A stretch of DNA of 63,548 bases, counting the filler, from Octopus bimaculoides (Eukaryota): the NCBI RefSeq assembly GCF_001194135.2. It is 6 parts of 6 records of this genome, joined end to end, with 100 filler letters (N's around TTAATTAATTAA, not from the genome) between each part and the next. Parts side by side here need not be neighbours in the genome. Positions count along the whole stretch, not along the records: positions 17,108 to 32,913 come from NC_068996.1; positions 33,014 to 43,310 come from NC_068983.1; 4 more parts are not named here. One strand, 5' to 3'. The notes beneath the pieces are model-generated. The model was given only the letters and a program-made list of their open reading frames with translations, ran no database searches and was not told the origin of the DNA. The translations under genes and the position numbers were made by a program. Shown here piece after piece: positions 24,340 to 37,394 of the stretch (position 1 is its first letter; each line of letters starts with the position of its first letter).

Positions 24340-24820
24340 GGGACCTCAGTAAATCTGTTATAGACTGGTTTAAGGGTATTAATGATAAGCATACCTGCAG
24401 GCTCAATCAGTTTCATATAGTGAACTTGTACCTGTCTATAACTAGACTCTGCTGCTAAGAGCATTAAATTTTGCTAAGGAGTACGTACCCATCAGCAATC
24501 CTGACATCGGTATTATTCTACACACCAGGGGATCATTATTTTTCTTCGATGATTCCACTCGGCTCAAGAAGAATGGAGACTCCTTGTTCAATGTGCCGAG
24601 GGCACATATGACGGAGCAGAATTATACATGCTCCTAGGTGTTTATATTTTACATATTTTGCATTTAGAATTCCCTTTCTTAAATGCAGGTTTATACAAGG
24701 ATGATGGCCTTATAGTTACCCGTAACATGAACGGACATGGAACTCTTATTAGATTCTTCCCCCAAAATGGGCTAAAAAATCACAATTGACTTCGACTTTA
24801 GTAACGTTAATTTCCCATGT
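24340..24820 (+). mobile_element. Penelope-like element RT fragment, decayed
   Basis: SVIDWFKGINDK...QFHIVNLYLSIT; RALNFAKEY...IILHTRGSLFF; YDGAELYMLLGVYILH...GLYKDDGL; frameshifted. Confidence 0.8.
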
Positions 24821-25269
24821 GAACAGACCATTTCGACTTCACTATATCTCCCTATTTTTATCATGTACTTTTCCTATTGCTTGCCTTATTAAAAAAAAAG
24901 AAGAAAACCATCGACTTTTATCATAAACGAACTCCCTCTGATTGTTTTAAACGATATTTTTTGTCGCTCTATACAGCTTTTAGCCTGTGTTTTTCCCGCT
25001 CATGTCCAAAATGAATTTTGATATTATTATTTTAATATCTTCGTGTATTTCCGAAGGTCTTACAATTTCTACTCATTTCCCCCCCCCCCATTTTTGTTGT
25101 TATTTCACGTTTTTGCACTTTAGCGGCTAGGACTTTATTATATATATCTTTAAAAGGCAAACATTTTAAAATAAAATTAGTATATTATACCTGTAAGCCT
25201 TTCAAAGGCCACCATTTCACCTTTAATTTTAATTTTAATTATTTTATTATTTTCAACTTTTAATTCGTG

Positions 25270-26160
25270 TCATTGATAGCCTGCGTGATAAAGCAAGTAG
25301 TGCGCTTTACCTGAAGGCTGCCCGCTCTCGCCGACTATGTTCAATATTTTCTCTGAGAGGATTATGACTGATGCACTAGAAGACAACAATGGTATGATTG
25401 GCACTGATGGCAGAAACCTAACAAACCTGCGCTTTGCAGATGATATCGTCAGATTGGCGAGCTCAGAACAAGAATTGAAACAACTTGTAGAGCGCGTAGA
25501 CAAGACCTCCAATGAATTTGGCCTGAAGATAAGCGCAGAGAAAACAAAAGTTATGACAAACTGCCTAAATGGAATCAGTACCAAAATAAGCGTCAGTGGA
25601 GTTGGACTTGAACTTCAAATATCTTGAGGTGATAGTGAGTAACAAAGGTTCCAAGCCTGAAGTGATATCCCATGGCCAAATTCAGAGCACTGTGAAAAGA
25701 CAGAAATATATCACTGAGCTCCAACATTAGGCTAATGAGATCACCAGTGATCTCAATATTCCTGTACGCTGTGAGACAGTAACAGCAGAAACCAAGGTTA
25801 CAGAGATGAAACGTTTCAGGAGACTTTTGAGAATATCATACAGAGATCGTGTCACAAATGAAGAAGTGAAAAGAAAAATAAGGCAGGCAATGAGGCCCTT
25901 TGAGGAACCTCTTACCACAGTAAAGAAATGCAAGACCAGGTGGTCTGGTCATATCATCTGCTCATTTGGGATGGCCAAAACAATCCTTCAGGGAACAGTC
26001 AAAGGCAGCAAACAGAAAGAGGTGGGGAAAACAGCGTCTGTGAATGGACAGGCCTAAGGATTAGAGATGCAGTGCGAGAGGCAGAAGATGAGTGGAGGGA
26101 CATATATATAGTCGTAAAGTCATCAGCGGTGCCCAACGGTCAACCAGACCACGGGGTATC
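25270..26160 (+). mobile_element. RTE-clade LINE RT and C-terminal fragment, decayed
   Basis: LSPTMFNIFSE...NLTNLRFADDI...GLKISAEKTKVM; RRLLRISYRDRVTNEEV...TILQGTVKG. Confidence 0.88.
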
Positions 26161-26254
26161 TTATACAAAAAGTTACTTTTGTTAATCTCTGCATGCAACT
26201 TGTTTTTCTCTCTTTGCCATTTTCTTGTTTGCAAATCTTTTATGTTTTACTTCT

Positions 26255-26470
26255 TTCAATCATTCGGCTGCGGCCATGATGGGGAGCCACATTGAAGAGT
26301 TTTAGTCGAACAAATGGACTTCAGGACTTATTTCTTTTAAAACCTGGTACTTAACATATCAGTCTCTTTTGCGAACCGCTAAGTTACGGGGACATAAACA
26401 TACCAACACTGGTTGTCCAGCGGTAGTGGGGGACAAACACAGCTACAAAGACACACACACAGATATATAC
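26255..26470 (-). mobile_element. SINE family A 3' half
   Basis: Homologous to 50481-50700. Confidence 0.7.
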
Positions 26471-27723
26471 ATACACACACCCACATTCACACACACACAT
26501 ACCTCTCTATCCCTCTATAATCCTCTATATTTCTTTTTCTCCCCTCCTTTGCTGTCCCCATCTATCTTTCTTTCCTTCTCCCTTACCCCACTCCCTTCGT
26601 TTCTTTCCCTTCTCCTTTCTCTTGTTCTACTTTCCCTCTGCCTATTGATCACACATGACTACAAGCCATTTTCCCCTCTCTCTTTCTTTTTTCGATGGGA
26701 AGTCCAGCCAGCTGGACGTAATTTCTCTCGCCTCCTGATATTTTTTCTCTTCTACTATTTTCTTTTCTATTTATTCTCTAATCCTTTCAAAATTTCTCCC
26801 ATGCGTTACCCATTACAATATGTCTTCGCTCTAACGGCCCTTAATGTCTGTTTTCGTCGATTGTTTACTCCGTACGTCCTCTCTGGTGTCGTTTGTTCGT
26901 TCGAAGCCCTAACTCTCCATAAATTTTATATCTTTAAAATTTCTAGATGCTGCTGTCTTATGAAGTTTTTCTGTTTTATCGCTGAAAGCTCGCAGCAGGT
27001 AGTAATAAACAATCAACAACTGAGGAGTTTGACTTCTTTTGGTATTTTGTCCTGTACTTATCTCTCGAATGCTTGCGTATTTTTCACTCGCTGGTGATGT
27101 CTTGTACTTAATGTGTATTTTAANNNNNNNNNNNNNNNNNNNNNNNNNNNNNNNNNNNNNNNNNNNNNNNNNNNNNNNNNNNNNNNNNNNNNNNNNNNNN
27201 NNNNNNNNNNNNNNNNNNNNNNNNNNNNNNNNNNNNNNNNNCACACAAAATATAGATATGTAGAGATATATACATACATACACACACACACACACATACG
27301 TACATATTCAATTTTACAGAAAACAAAAGAGGAAAACAGGTGAGGGAACAACTAGCAGGTGTATTAGTTTAACACTCAAGAAGAATGGAAATCTCTTTGA
27401 CGTTTCAGGCCTACGCTCTTCAACAGAAAGGACTGAAAAAAAAATGGAGACGGAGAGTGAAAAAATGTGTAAGGGTTATGTTTTCTAGCTAAAAGAATCT
27501 TGGAAGTAGTAATTAATCAACGAGCGGCATTCCACTAGCTACTCATCAGGCCGAAGACACCTTGGAACTTATTCACTTTCCACATCTAGATCTTTAGATC
27601 TTACCTTTACATATCATTACACATACATACATACATACATACATACATACATACATACATACATACATGCATACATGCATGCATATATATATATATATAT
27701 ATGCATATGTATAGATATATATA

Positions 27724-28120
27724 CTAGCAATGCATCCCGGCGTCGTCCGGGTGTTACGACCTACAGGCACATTGCATTATTTGCTGCTATCTTATGGGCA
27801 AAATCAGCGCCACTAATATGTAGTTAATTGCATAATGGAAATTATTGTTTGTTTAAAAGTGAAGGGGAAAGGTACAATTTGCATGGGTTTGCATGAAAAT
27901 GCTTTCTGTTCTAAAGAAGGATCAGAAACTATGTAATGTCTCATCGTATAAAAGGGGGTTAATACGATTTTGCCCAGAAATCACGTTTTCAAAATTTTAA
28001 TGTTCCCCCATCTCCACCGCAGTTTCTTAATTTGTAACTTTGTTCCGAATTTTTTTTTGTTATCCATGTAAAAATATACGGAGATTACGAATCTGGGAAA
28101 TATATATATATTTTATAGTT
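27724..28120 (-). mobile_element. Helitron-like element 3' end (5' boundary uncertain)
   Basis: Minus strand CCCGG-ACGACG-CCGGG hairpin (27736-27751) 8 nt before the terminal CTAG (27724-27727). Confidence 0.6.
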
Positions 28121-28938
28121 TATTTTTTCTTAAAGAAACACTCAATGCCCCTTCCTCCACCTCGCCCACCCATCACCTCGCCCACCCATCACCTCGCTTA
28201 CAAAAAAGTTAAAATCTCCCAATCTTTCACTTTCGTCTACTGTTTCATGCATGCGTAGAATTCTACTGAAATAGCAAACTTAAAAAATACCAGACCACCA
28301 GCAGAAAACCTGACATGCTAGAAACAACAAGTAAACGACATCATTTCTGAAGAAACCTCCCCGCTTTCCAAAAAGCTGAAAGTGAAACATTGGGCGTTTG
28401 CATCTTTTTGAAAGTGTTGAGGTGATGAGTAAAATTCTTAAAGATTCGTACTCTCTGTTTTTTCTCCATGGATTACCAAAAAAAAGAAAATATTTGAAAA
28501 AAAGTAAAACATGAATTTGGTGTGGAGAGGGAGAAAATTAAAATATTAAGAACGTATTTAGTGGGTGAAATCCTAATCTTCAGTATCGCATACACAGGAA
28601 TCGGAAGAAATTTAGGAAAAAAAATAAGGGGTCGGGGGCACAAATGTCTCCTCGGACATGCTAGAAAGAAGAGGTAAAGGACAGGATTTTTGGGAAAACT
28701 TCCTTTAAAGTTTATATCGGAGATCAGGTTTTTAAATACGCTTATCACAAATTTGCACTTATATTAACTACATTTCGTTTCGCTTGAACTTCGTCTGTGT
28801 ACGTTTTGCTGTTTTCAATATTATCAATTCTATGAGTGTGTATGTGTCTGTGAGTGTGTGTGTGGATGTTTCCGCGTTCATTACTTCTATGGTAAACTAT
28901 AGTAAAGAACATTTTACACCGTTTTAATGAGACCACAT

Positions 28939-29870
28939 CTAATGAAGTAGCCATGTTTCTAACGTTTTCGACTTGAAGTTGAACATTCTAAAGTTGAAGA
29001 CTCTTCCAGTAGTTCTGAACTGCAAGAAGACGCCCTTGTCATAATCATGGAATGCCTGCAGAAGCAGAAAAGCAAAGAATATCGAAAGGAGTGTGCGAGC
29101 AGGAATATCGTCTTGCTTTACTCCATTCTTCAGAAAATTTCTCCGTTGTAGACGAGCCAAGTCTTGGTGCAACTGCTTAAACATACTGACAAACAGTGAT
29201 GGGCACCCGATCTTTTTAAGGAGGGGACCGCAGAGTATCACTGTTAACTGAATGAAAACTTTTCGTTAAATAACAAACATTTGATATAAAGTCATCTGCT
29301 GTCCAGTGTGTTTCACTTGCATCTGTCGGGCAGAGAATATAATATCGATTATTCCACTGCCTGACCTAAAAACCACTTTGTGATCCAGGAATGACAATAG
29401 GACAGATATATTCCATCATCCTGTTCAATGAAAGTCTGTCAATCACTTTGCAGGATTGTGACGCCATAGTAGTGGTCACAAACTCCATTTTTCTTTTATC
29501 CTTGAAAAAATGGCACTCAAATACCATCAATGCATTATTTTAGTGTAGGGGTGCCAGTGCAGCTCTTGGTGATAGGATTAAATACTACATGTGTTACCGT
29601 TTCGCTTTCAGCCTTCAGCAGCTCGACGGGAAAGTCATCTCAGCATGGTGCTCTACCGAAATTTATCGGTTTGAAAACCATTTTCCCTTCATCCTAAGAT
29701 GTTAATTAATCCGTTGTGAATTTTATACAAAGCATTGAGTAAGACTCTCTATAAACATTACCATCGACTGCTGACGGGTTGTCGAATAAACCAGTGAAGT
29801 GTTCTTGCCAGCACAACAGGAATTTTACTGGTTCTTTGATGATAATAGCGTTGTCCTTGGAATTCAAAGG
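28939..29870 (-). mobile_element. RTE-BovB-like LINE RT fragment, decayed
   Basis: WQEHFTGLFDNPSAVD; LLKKIGCPSLFVSMFKQLH...NGVKQD...LLSIFF...GVFLQFRTTGRVFN. Confidence 0.8.
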
Positions 29871-30099
29871 AACTACAGAAGAAGCTGGTCGGACCAAACA
29901 CTTCTCATAGAAGACCATAAAACAGTCTTGAATTCTTTGCATCGTTGGCTCTTATACATACATACACACATACATACACACACACACATACATACATACA
30001 TACATACATACATACACAAACATTCATACAAACACAAACATAAATACATACATGCATACATTCATGCATGAATACATACATACACCCCCCCCCACATAT

Positions 30100-31500
30100 A
30101 AATTGAACCCCAAAAGAAACGCCGCACACATACTAAATAAAAACCGGTTTATTAGTAGACTGCCATAGCATTGATTGAAGAGTGCTAATTAAGAAACTGC
30201 TGTTTCCTAATGATAAAACGTCATTTCCTGAAGCATGCTTGACGTCACATGATGTGACGTGATGACGAGGTGTCCTGGATCCAAAGAGATGAATTCAATA
30301 TCTCGTGTGACCACCATTAGCATTGATTACCGCCAGGCCTCTTATGTACATTGAATGCATCAAACGATTGATGAAGGCCATGGTGATAGCGGCCCACACT
30401 CTCTTAAAACTTTCAGTGAGTTGTGCTATAGTTGTTAGCCTTGGATGGATGTTATTTAGCCTTCTTAGCCTTCGTTCCATAGGTGCTCTACGGGGTTCAA
30501 GTCCGGACTTAGGGTAAGACACGGTAGTGTCTGGATATAGTGCGGTTGGGGGAATTCATTTGTCAACCTGGCCGTATGGGCACGGGCGTTGTCGTGTTGG
30601 AAAACGTGATTCCGATAACTGGCAAAGTATAACATAATGTGAGGCCTCAACACTTGGTCGATGCGGTTACTTCATTGCCCGGCCTTGGCCTATGTTCTGG
30701 AAGACCACCGGTCCAAGTTTCTGGTTGAGTGCAATCCCGCCCAACACCATGATGCTCTGTCCTCTCCACGAGTCTCTCTCCACCACACAGCAGTCAGCGT
30801 GACGTTCACCTCTTCTCCAAATCCTAGCTCTGCCACAGAAATGCAATATCGACTTTGGTCAGAGAAGACTACAGTCCTCCACTGCTGATATCACCAGTTT
30901 TGATGTTTTTGGGGCCACTGCAGACGTGCCCGTCGATGACGATCTGTGAGGATGGGGCCTCGAGCTGGACGTCGGCAAGACAGATTGAAAGATCTCAGCC
31001 GGCGGCGAACTGTCTCTGCACAAATGGGTCTGTGGTGAACCCTATGGTCTGTATAGCTGATTTCGTTGCCCTCCAGAATTAGTCCTGAAAATGCTGTTGA
31101 TGCAGGTAGCGATTACGACGTGCCATTGTAACCATGGTCGGCCGCTTCGTGGACGATCATCCGTACTGTTTGTGGCATTGTATCATTCCCTCAGCTGCTC
31201 AATTGTCCGAATACTGCAGTTCAATTCGTTAGCAATGACCCATAGACGTTGACCAGCATGGAGACGTACGATAGCTTGCTCCCTCTGATTTCGTGTCAGT
31301 CTTGGCATGCTTGCTGCTTTCGGGAAACGAATGATAGGCTGGGTGCCTTTTATAACCAATGAATCAATGTTTTGACCCTGCATCATGCTTTTCATAAGGA
31401 TGCGTTCGCGAGCATTACCGTGTTCATGAAAAGTGAGTGAGTCCAAACCCTACATGCGATCCTTGTGTTTTCAAAAGTAAGTGGTGTTGTGGGTCAGTGG
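30100..31500 (-). mobile_element. Tc1-family (DD34E) transposon, decayed
   Basis: MPRLTRNQREQAI start at 31308; DRPRSGRP; SIMVLGGI; FQHDNARAH; SPDLNPVEHLW; ends GGHTRY* at 30295. Termini approximate. Confidence 0.88.
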
Positions 31501-32011
31501 TATCTTCCTGATGTCAAACTACCTAGAAATGTGATAAAATCCATAAAATCCATATAATCTCAATATCGTTTGTGAAATAAATAATCTTTTACAGTGNNNN
31601 NNNNNNNNNNNNNNNNNNNNNNNNNNNNNNNNNNNNNNNNNNNNNNNNNNNNNNNNNNNNNNNNNNNNNNNNNNNNNNNNNNNNNNNNNNNNNNNNNNNN
31701 NNNNNNNNNNNNNNNNNNNNNNNNNNNNNNNNNNNNNNNNNNNNNNNNNNNNNNNNNNNNNNNNNNNNNNNNNNNNNNNNNNNNNNNNNNNNNNNNNNNN
31801 NNNNNNNNNNNNNNNNNNNNNNNNNNNNNNNNNNNNNNNNNNNNNNNNNNNNNNNNNNNNNNNNNNNNNNNNNNNNNNNNNNNNNNNNNNNNNNNNNNNN
31901 NNNNNNNNNNNNNNNNNNNNNNNNNNNNNNNNNNNNTCTTCGTGGTTAGATGATTCGGCATCTATTTCTAGCATATAGGAGTCCACTTTTGCTGGTCATT
32001 CCTCTTATTTT

Positions 32012-32052
<41 letters not shown>

Positions 32053-32765
32053 ATATGTATATATGTAAATAAATTTACGAATATTAATCTATCTATCTAT
32101 CTATCTATCAGTCTGTCTGTCTGTCTGTCTGTCTGTATCTCTCTTTATCTATCTATCTATCTGTCTATCTAGCTTTGGCTGCTCTTTCTAGCGGGTCAGA
32201 TGTCCTATTATAAGCATCTCTAATGTGTATTAAATGTACACTGTATTTTACATGAATAATATATAGTCAGTTGACTAATTTTTTTCTCTCGCTACACCAC
32301 TGGTAGTAAATTAAATTTCTTAATTTTTTGCTACCCTTAGACTTATTAATTATAAAATGTTCTTTGGCTAATTTCTGAAAAATCGGCATTTTTTTGTATT
32401 TGCTGCCGATAAGGTATTCTGCACATGCGCGGTAATTTTTGAAAAATTGGACATATATGCACAAGTCATGTTCTCTATGGAGTGCCTCGTGCATGCATGT
32501 CGGTCTAGGCTATTCCGCTGATGATAGTTAGCCTCGCAAAATAATTTGTTTTGCTAAAATAACTTGAAACCTGGTTCGAAATATAAATGGTAAATGTTTT
32601 TATTTTTCATTCCCTTTCGAAATTATCCCTAATTGTGGTATAGAGCTTTGGCTGCTNNNNNNNNNNATTTTAAATGAATAATATATAGTCTGTTGACTAA
32701 TTTTTTTCTCGCTAGACCACCGGTAGTAAATTGAATTTCTAAAATTTTTTTGCTACCCTGAGATT

Positions 32766-32829
<64 letters not shown>

Positions 32830-32838
32830 GTCTATCTC

Positions 32839-32902
<64 letters not shown>

Positions 32903-33014
32903 ATCTAAAACAANNNNNNNNNNNNNNNNNNNNNNNNNNNNNNNNNNNNNNNNNNNNTTAATTAATTAANNNNNNNNNNNNNNNNNNNNNNNNNNNNNNN
33001 NNNNNNNNNNNNNA

Positions 33015-34097
33015 ACTATGAAATGTCAATTTCGACCTCCTCCTGGCTTGCAAAAGTTATGTCCCCCAAATGATTCTGCAAGCTACGAAACAAATGGTAG
33101 TCTGAAGGAGCAAGTTTGGGAGAATAAGGTGGATGAGGAATTTTTTCCCAACCAAGCTCATCGATCTTCTGTGATGTGATTTTTGTAGTGTAGGTTAACA
33201 TATTGTCCAGATGAAACATCACTTCTTTACGATTCACTAAAGCAGGTCCCTTTTTCTTCGAAGCTTGGTTCAAACGCTCTAATTGCTGACAGTAGACTTG
33301 AGCATTGATTGTTGCATTAGGTGGTAACAATTCAAAGTGAATTTCTCCTTTGCAATCCCACCAGAAAGAGAGAAGAACCTTTTTCCTATGAAGTTCCTGT
33401 CTCGGTTGTGGTTGAGCTTTTTCCCTTTTACCAAGCTACTGTTTACGATGTTTAATATTTTGACAGAAGATCCATTTCTCATCACCAGTCACAAGTCTAT
33501 CCAAAAAGAGTGAAATGAGTTTGCGAGAATGGAGAGAAGAGCAAATGTCAACTTGGGATTTGCGGTTGCTTTAGGACAATTCATGAGGCACCCATTTTCC
33601 AAGTTTAGGAACCTTTCCAAATTGTTGAAGATGACGATGCACAGTTGTATGGTTTGAACTAAGCTTTATTGCCAGTTCTTCAAATGATAATGCAGGATTT
33701 TCTTCAAGTAATGCCTCAAGAAGCTGTTCGATCTTCATCTTCAAGAATGAAATCTCTACTTCTGAATTTTGCAAACCATCTTCTGCAAGTTCCTTCATTC
33801 AAGTATTCTTTCCCATAGACTGAGTGTATGTTTTGAGTCGCTTCGGCTGCAGAGTTTCTTTTTTTGTACTCATAAAGCATTATGTGCCTCAAATGCTCTT
33901 TGGATACTTGCATGTTCGAAAGGGTTTTAATCAAAGAAATTTTAATTCTATTATTCTGTAAAATAATATTTAATTAGTTTAAATGTACACAAATGCGTAA
34001 AAATAATTTTTAATTCCATTAGCCATTCTAAAATACTATTAAATTTCATTCAATTTTAAAAACGGTAAAAACGGACAGAATTTATGGGATGACCTGA
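33015..34097 (-). mobile_element. Mariner (DD34D) transposon, decayed, 3' end lost in gap
   Basis: 5' TIR TA|TCAGGTCATCCCATAAATTCTGTCC; WVPHEL, VTGDEKW (plus 33477-33492), PHPPYSPKLAPSDYHLFRSL. Confidence 0.9.
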
Positions 34098-35285
34098 TAT
34101 ATGTATATATATACATACGTATGTATATATGCATATATATATATATATTATTATTATTATTATTANNNNNNNNNNNNNNNNNNNNNNNNNNNNNNNNNNN
34201 NNNNNNNNNNNNNNNNNNNNNNNNNNNNNNNNNNNNNNNNNNNNNNNNNNNNNNNNNNNNNNNNNNNNNNNNNNNNNNNNNNNNNNNNNNNNNNNNNNNN
34301 NNNNNNNNNNNNNNNNNNNNNNNNNNNNNNNNNNNNNNNNNNNNNNNNNNNNNNNNNNNNNNNNNNNNNNNNNNNNNNNNNAGAGAGAGAGAGAGAGAGA
34401 GAGATGTTTGTGTGTGCCTTTCTACCTGCATTTGTGTGCCACCACTGCTTGACAACTGCTCTTGGTTTGTTTGTACCCCTGTAACTTAGTGGTTCAGCAA
34501 AAAAAAAAAAAGCTGATTGAATAAGAACCAGGCCAAAAATATAAAAATTAAAAAAATAAGTACAGGGGTTGATTTGCTCAATTGAAAATTCTGCAAGGCA
34601 TTGCCCCAGCATGGCCGAAGTCTCATGACTGAAACAAGTAAAAGATAAATCATAGAAGATAAATGATAAAAGATTGATGTATTCAATCAGAGCTGATTTG
34701 GATATAAGCCATGACAACTGAGAGTAACATATACAGATAAGGGAATACTTCAACATAGTGTTGGAATATATACAGTTATGATGGGAAGATATAAGTGATA
34801 GCTGGCTATTGTCTTGATCTAACACGTTTCCTTATTGTAAAATGTAAGGGGTAGAGCTGAGAGTGGCTGTTTGAGTGGGCATTAGAGTGAAAGCTAATAT
34901 GCATGCAATGTAGCATAAACAGAGATATAAGAAAATATGAGGAAGTATTACTGAAGAATTTCTTTCTACAAAAGGAAACAATCTAGAAAGATAATATAGA
35001 AGTATGATAGCAAAACATGTTGACATTTAGCGAGGAAAACGAATCAGTTCAGTCTGGGATGTTAGCTGTTACCTGCACCTGGTCTCTTTTCCAGAATATG
35101 ATAAGTGCATGTGAATGAGTCTGAACACACATACAAAAACATATGTAAATCTATGTCTTATGTTTACACATATACATCTACTTATCACTTACATTCTCTC
35201 TCTCACTCTCTCGTTCCTTCTGTCTCTCTATCCTCCCTTCAGATGTACCATGCACCAACACACACATGTACAATGTGTCTAAACA

Positions 35286-35335
<50 letters not shown>

Positions 35336-35548
35336 NNNNNNNNNNAGAGGGAGGTATTAGATATATACATATATATTATATGTATATATATCATATATAT
35401 TTATAATATATATAACATATATGTATATATGGTGGAGAGATATTAGATATATATATATATGATATATATACACACACATACATATATATATATATGTGTG
35501 TGTGTATATATATATCACATATATATATATATCTAATATCTCTCCACC

Positions 35549-35584
<36 letters not shown>

Positions 35585-35830
35585 TTATACTAGCCCCTTG
35601 ATAATATTTTCACATTTGATTCCCAATTCCAATAATTTTTATATTGTATATCTAATTATTTCTTTGTATAATAGTGCTCACTTGCTTAGTAAATTTTATC
35701 AGTCATAATCTCTCTTGTTTAAACAAACATCACGGTAGCCCAATAAAAGAGGGAGAAGTAGTTTGTCAAGTTTTACCTTCCCTTCAAGGCAACATAGAGA
35801 CTCAATTCAGCACCACATCTGTAAGCTTTG

Positions 35831-35891
<61 letters not shown>

Positions 35892-37181
35892 NNNNNNNNN
35901 NNNNNNNNNNNNNNNNNNNNNNNNNNNNNNNNNNNNNNNNNNNNNNNNNNNNNNNNNNNNNNNNNNNNNNNNNNNNNNNNNNNNNNNNNNNNNNNNNNNN
36001 NNNNNNNNNNNNNNNNNNNNNNNNNNNNNNNNNNNNNNNNNNNNNNNNNNNNNNNNNNNNNNNNNNNNNNNNNNNNNNNNNNNNNNNNNNNNNNNNNNNN
36101 NNNNNNNNNNNNNNNNNNNNNNNNNNNNNNNNNNNNNNNNNNNNNNNNNNNNNNNNNNNNNNNNNNNNNNNNNNNNNNNNNNNNNNNNNNNNNNNNNNNN
36201 NNNNNNNNNNNNNNNNNNNNNNNNNNNNNNNNNNNNNNNNNNNNNNNNNNNNNNNNNNNNNNNNNNNNNNNNNNNNNNNNNNNNNNNNNNNNNNNNNNNN
36301 NNNNNNNNNNNNNNNNNNNNNNNNNNNNNNNNNNNNNNNNNNNNNNNNNNNNNNNNNNNNNNNNNNNNNNNNNNNNNNNNNNNNNNNNNNNNNNNNNNNN
36401 NNNNNNNNNNNNNNNNNNNNNNNNNNNNNNNNNNNNNNNNNNNNNNNNNNNNNNNNNNNNNNNNNNNNNNNNNNNNNNNNNNNNNNNNNNNNNNNNNNNN
36501 NNNNNNNNNNNNNNNNNNNNNNNNNNNNNNNNNNNNNNNNNNNNNNNNNNNNNNNNNNNNNNNNNNNNNNNNNNNNNNNNNNNNNNNNNNNNNNNNNNNN
36601 NNNNNNNNNNNNNNNNNNNNNNNNNNNNNNNNNNNNNNNNNNNNNNNNNNNNNNNNNNNNNNNNNNNNNNNNNNNNNNNNNNNNNNNNNNNNNNNNNNNN
36701 NNNNNNNNNNNNNNNNNNNNNNNNNNNNNNNNNNNNNNNNNNNNNNNNNNNNNNNNNNNNNNNNNNNNNNNNNNNNNNNNNNNNNNNNNNNNNNNNNNNN
36801 NNNNNNNNNNNNNNNNNNNNNNNNNNNNNNNNNNNNNNNNNNNNNNNNNNNNNNNATTGATGTCTTCCAATATTTTTCCTCCATAAATACATTTATATTC
36901 TTTAAAAAAGAAATTTTGAGAAATTATGAATTTTTGCAACCCCACTCCCTGCCTGCGATTGTTTTTGCTTAGAAATTAAAATATTGGAGAGCCTGAGAAG
37001 ATCATTGCTGGCATTTATCCACAGCGATTTAAAAAAATTACGAAGATGTACTTGCATAGCAAGTTACTTGATCTAAGATCGTGTGCTGAAACAAAAACAA
37101 TTGCAGCATGAAAGATGTTTGTAAGCCATTTAAGAACACACAAATACCGTTAGTTTCACTTCAACATTAAAACTTCATTTG

Positions 37182-37230
37182 TGTCAAAATATCTTCGTCG
37201 CTTTGAAACCACGACCTGTTCACTGATAAA
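37182..37230 (-). ncRNA. Second copy of the G3-C8 hammerhead-like motif (more decayed)
   Basis: TTTATCA-GTGAACA-G-GTCGT-ggtttcaaa-GCGAC-GAAG-ATAT-T-T-TGACA. Confidence 0.5.
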
Positions 37231-37394
37231 ACCTCACAAAAGTGATGCAGTACAAAGTTTTGTCAGTGAACAGCGCACACACACACATTCATTGCCTTTC
37301 TGTTGTGTGTATGCATATCTATGTGTGTGCACGAGTGTGTATTGGTGTGTGTGTGTATTGGTTTGTGTGTCACTGTTGAAGTCACTCGTGCAAC

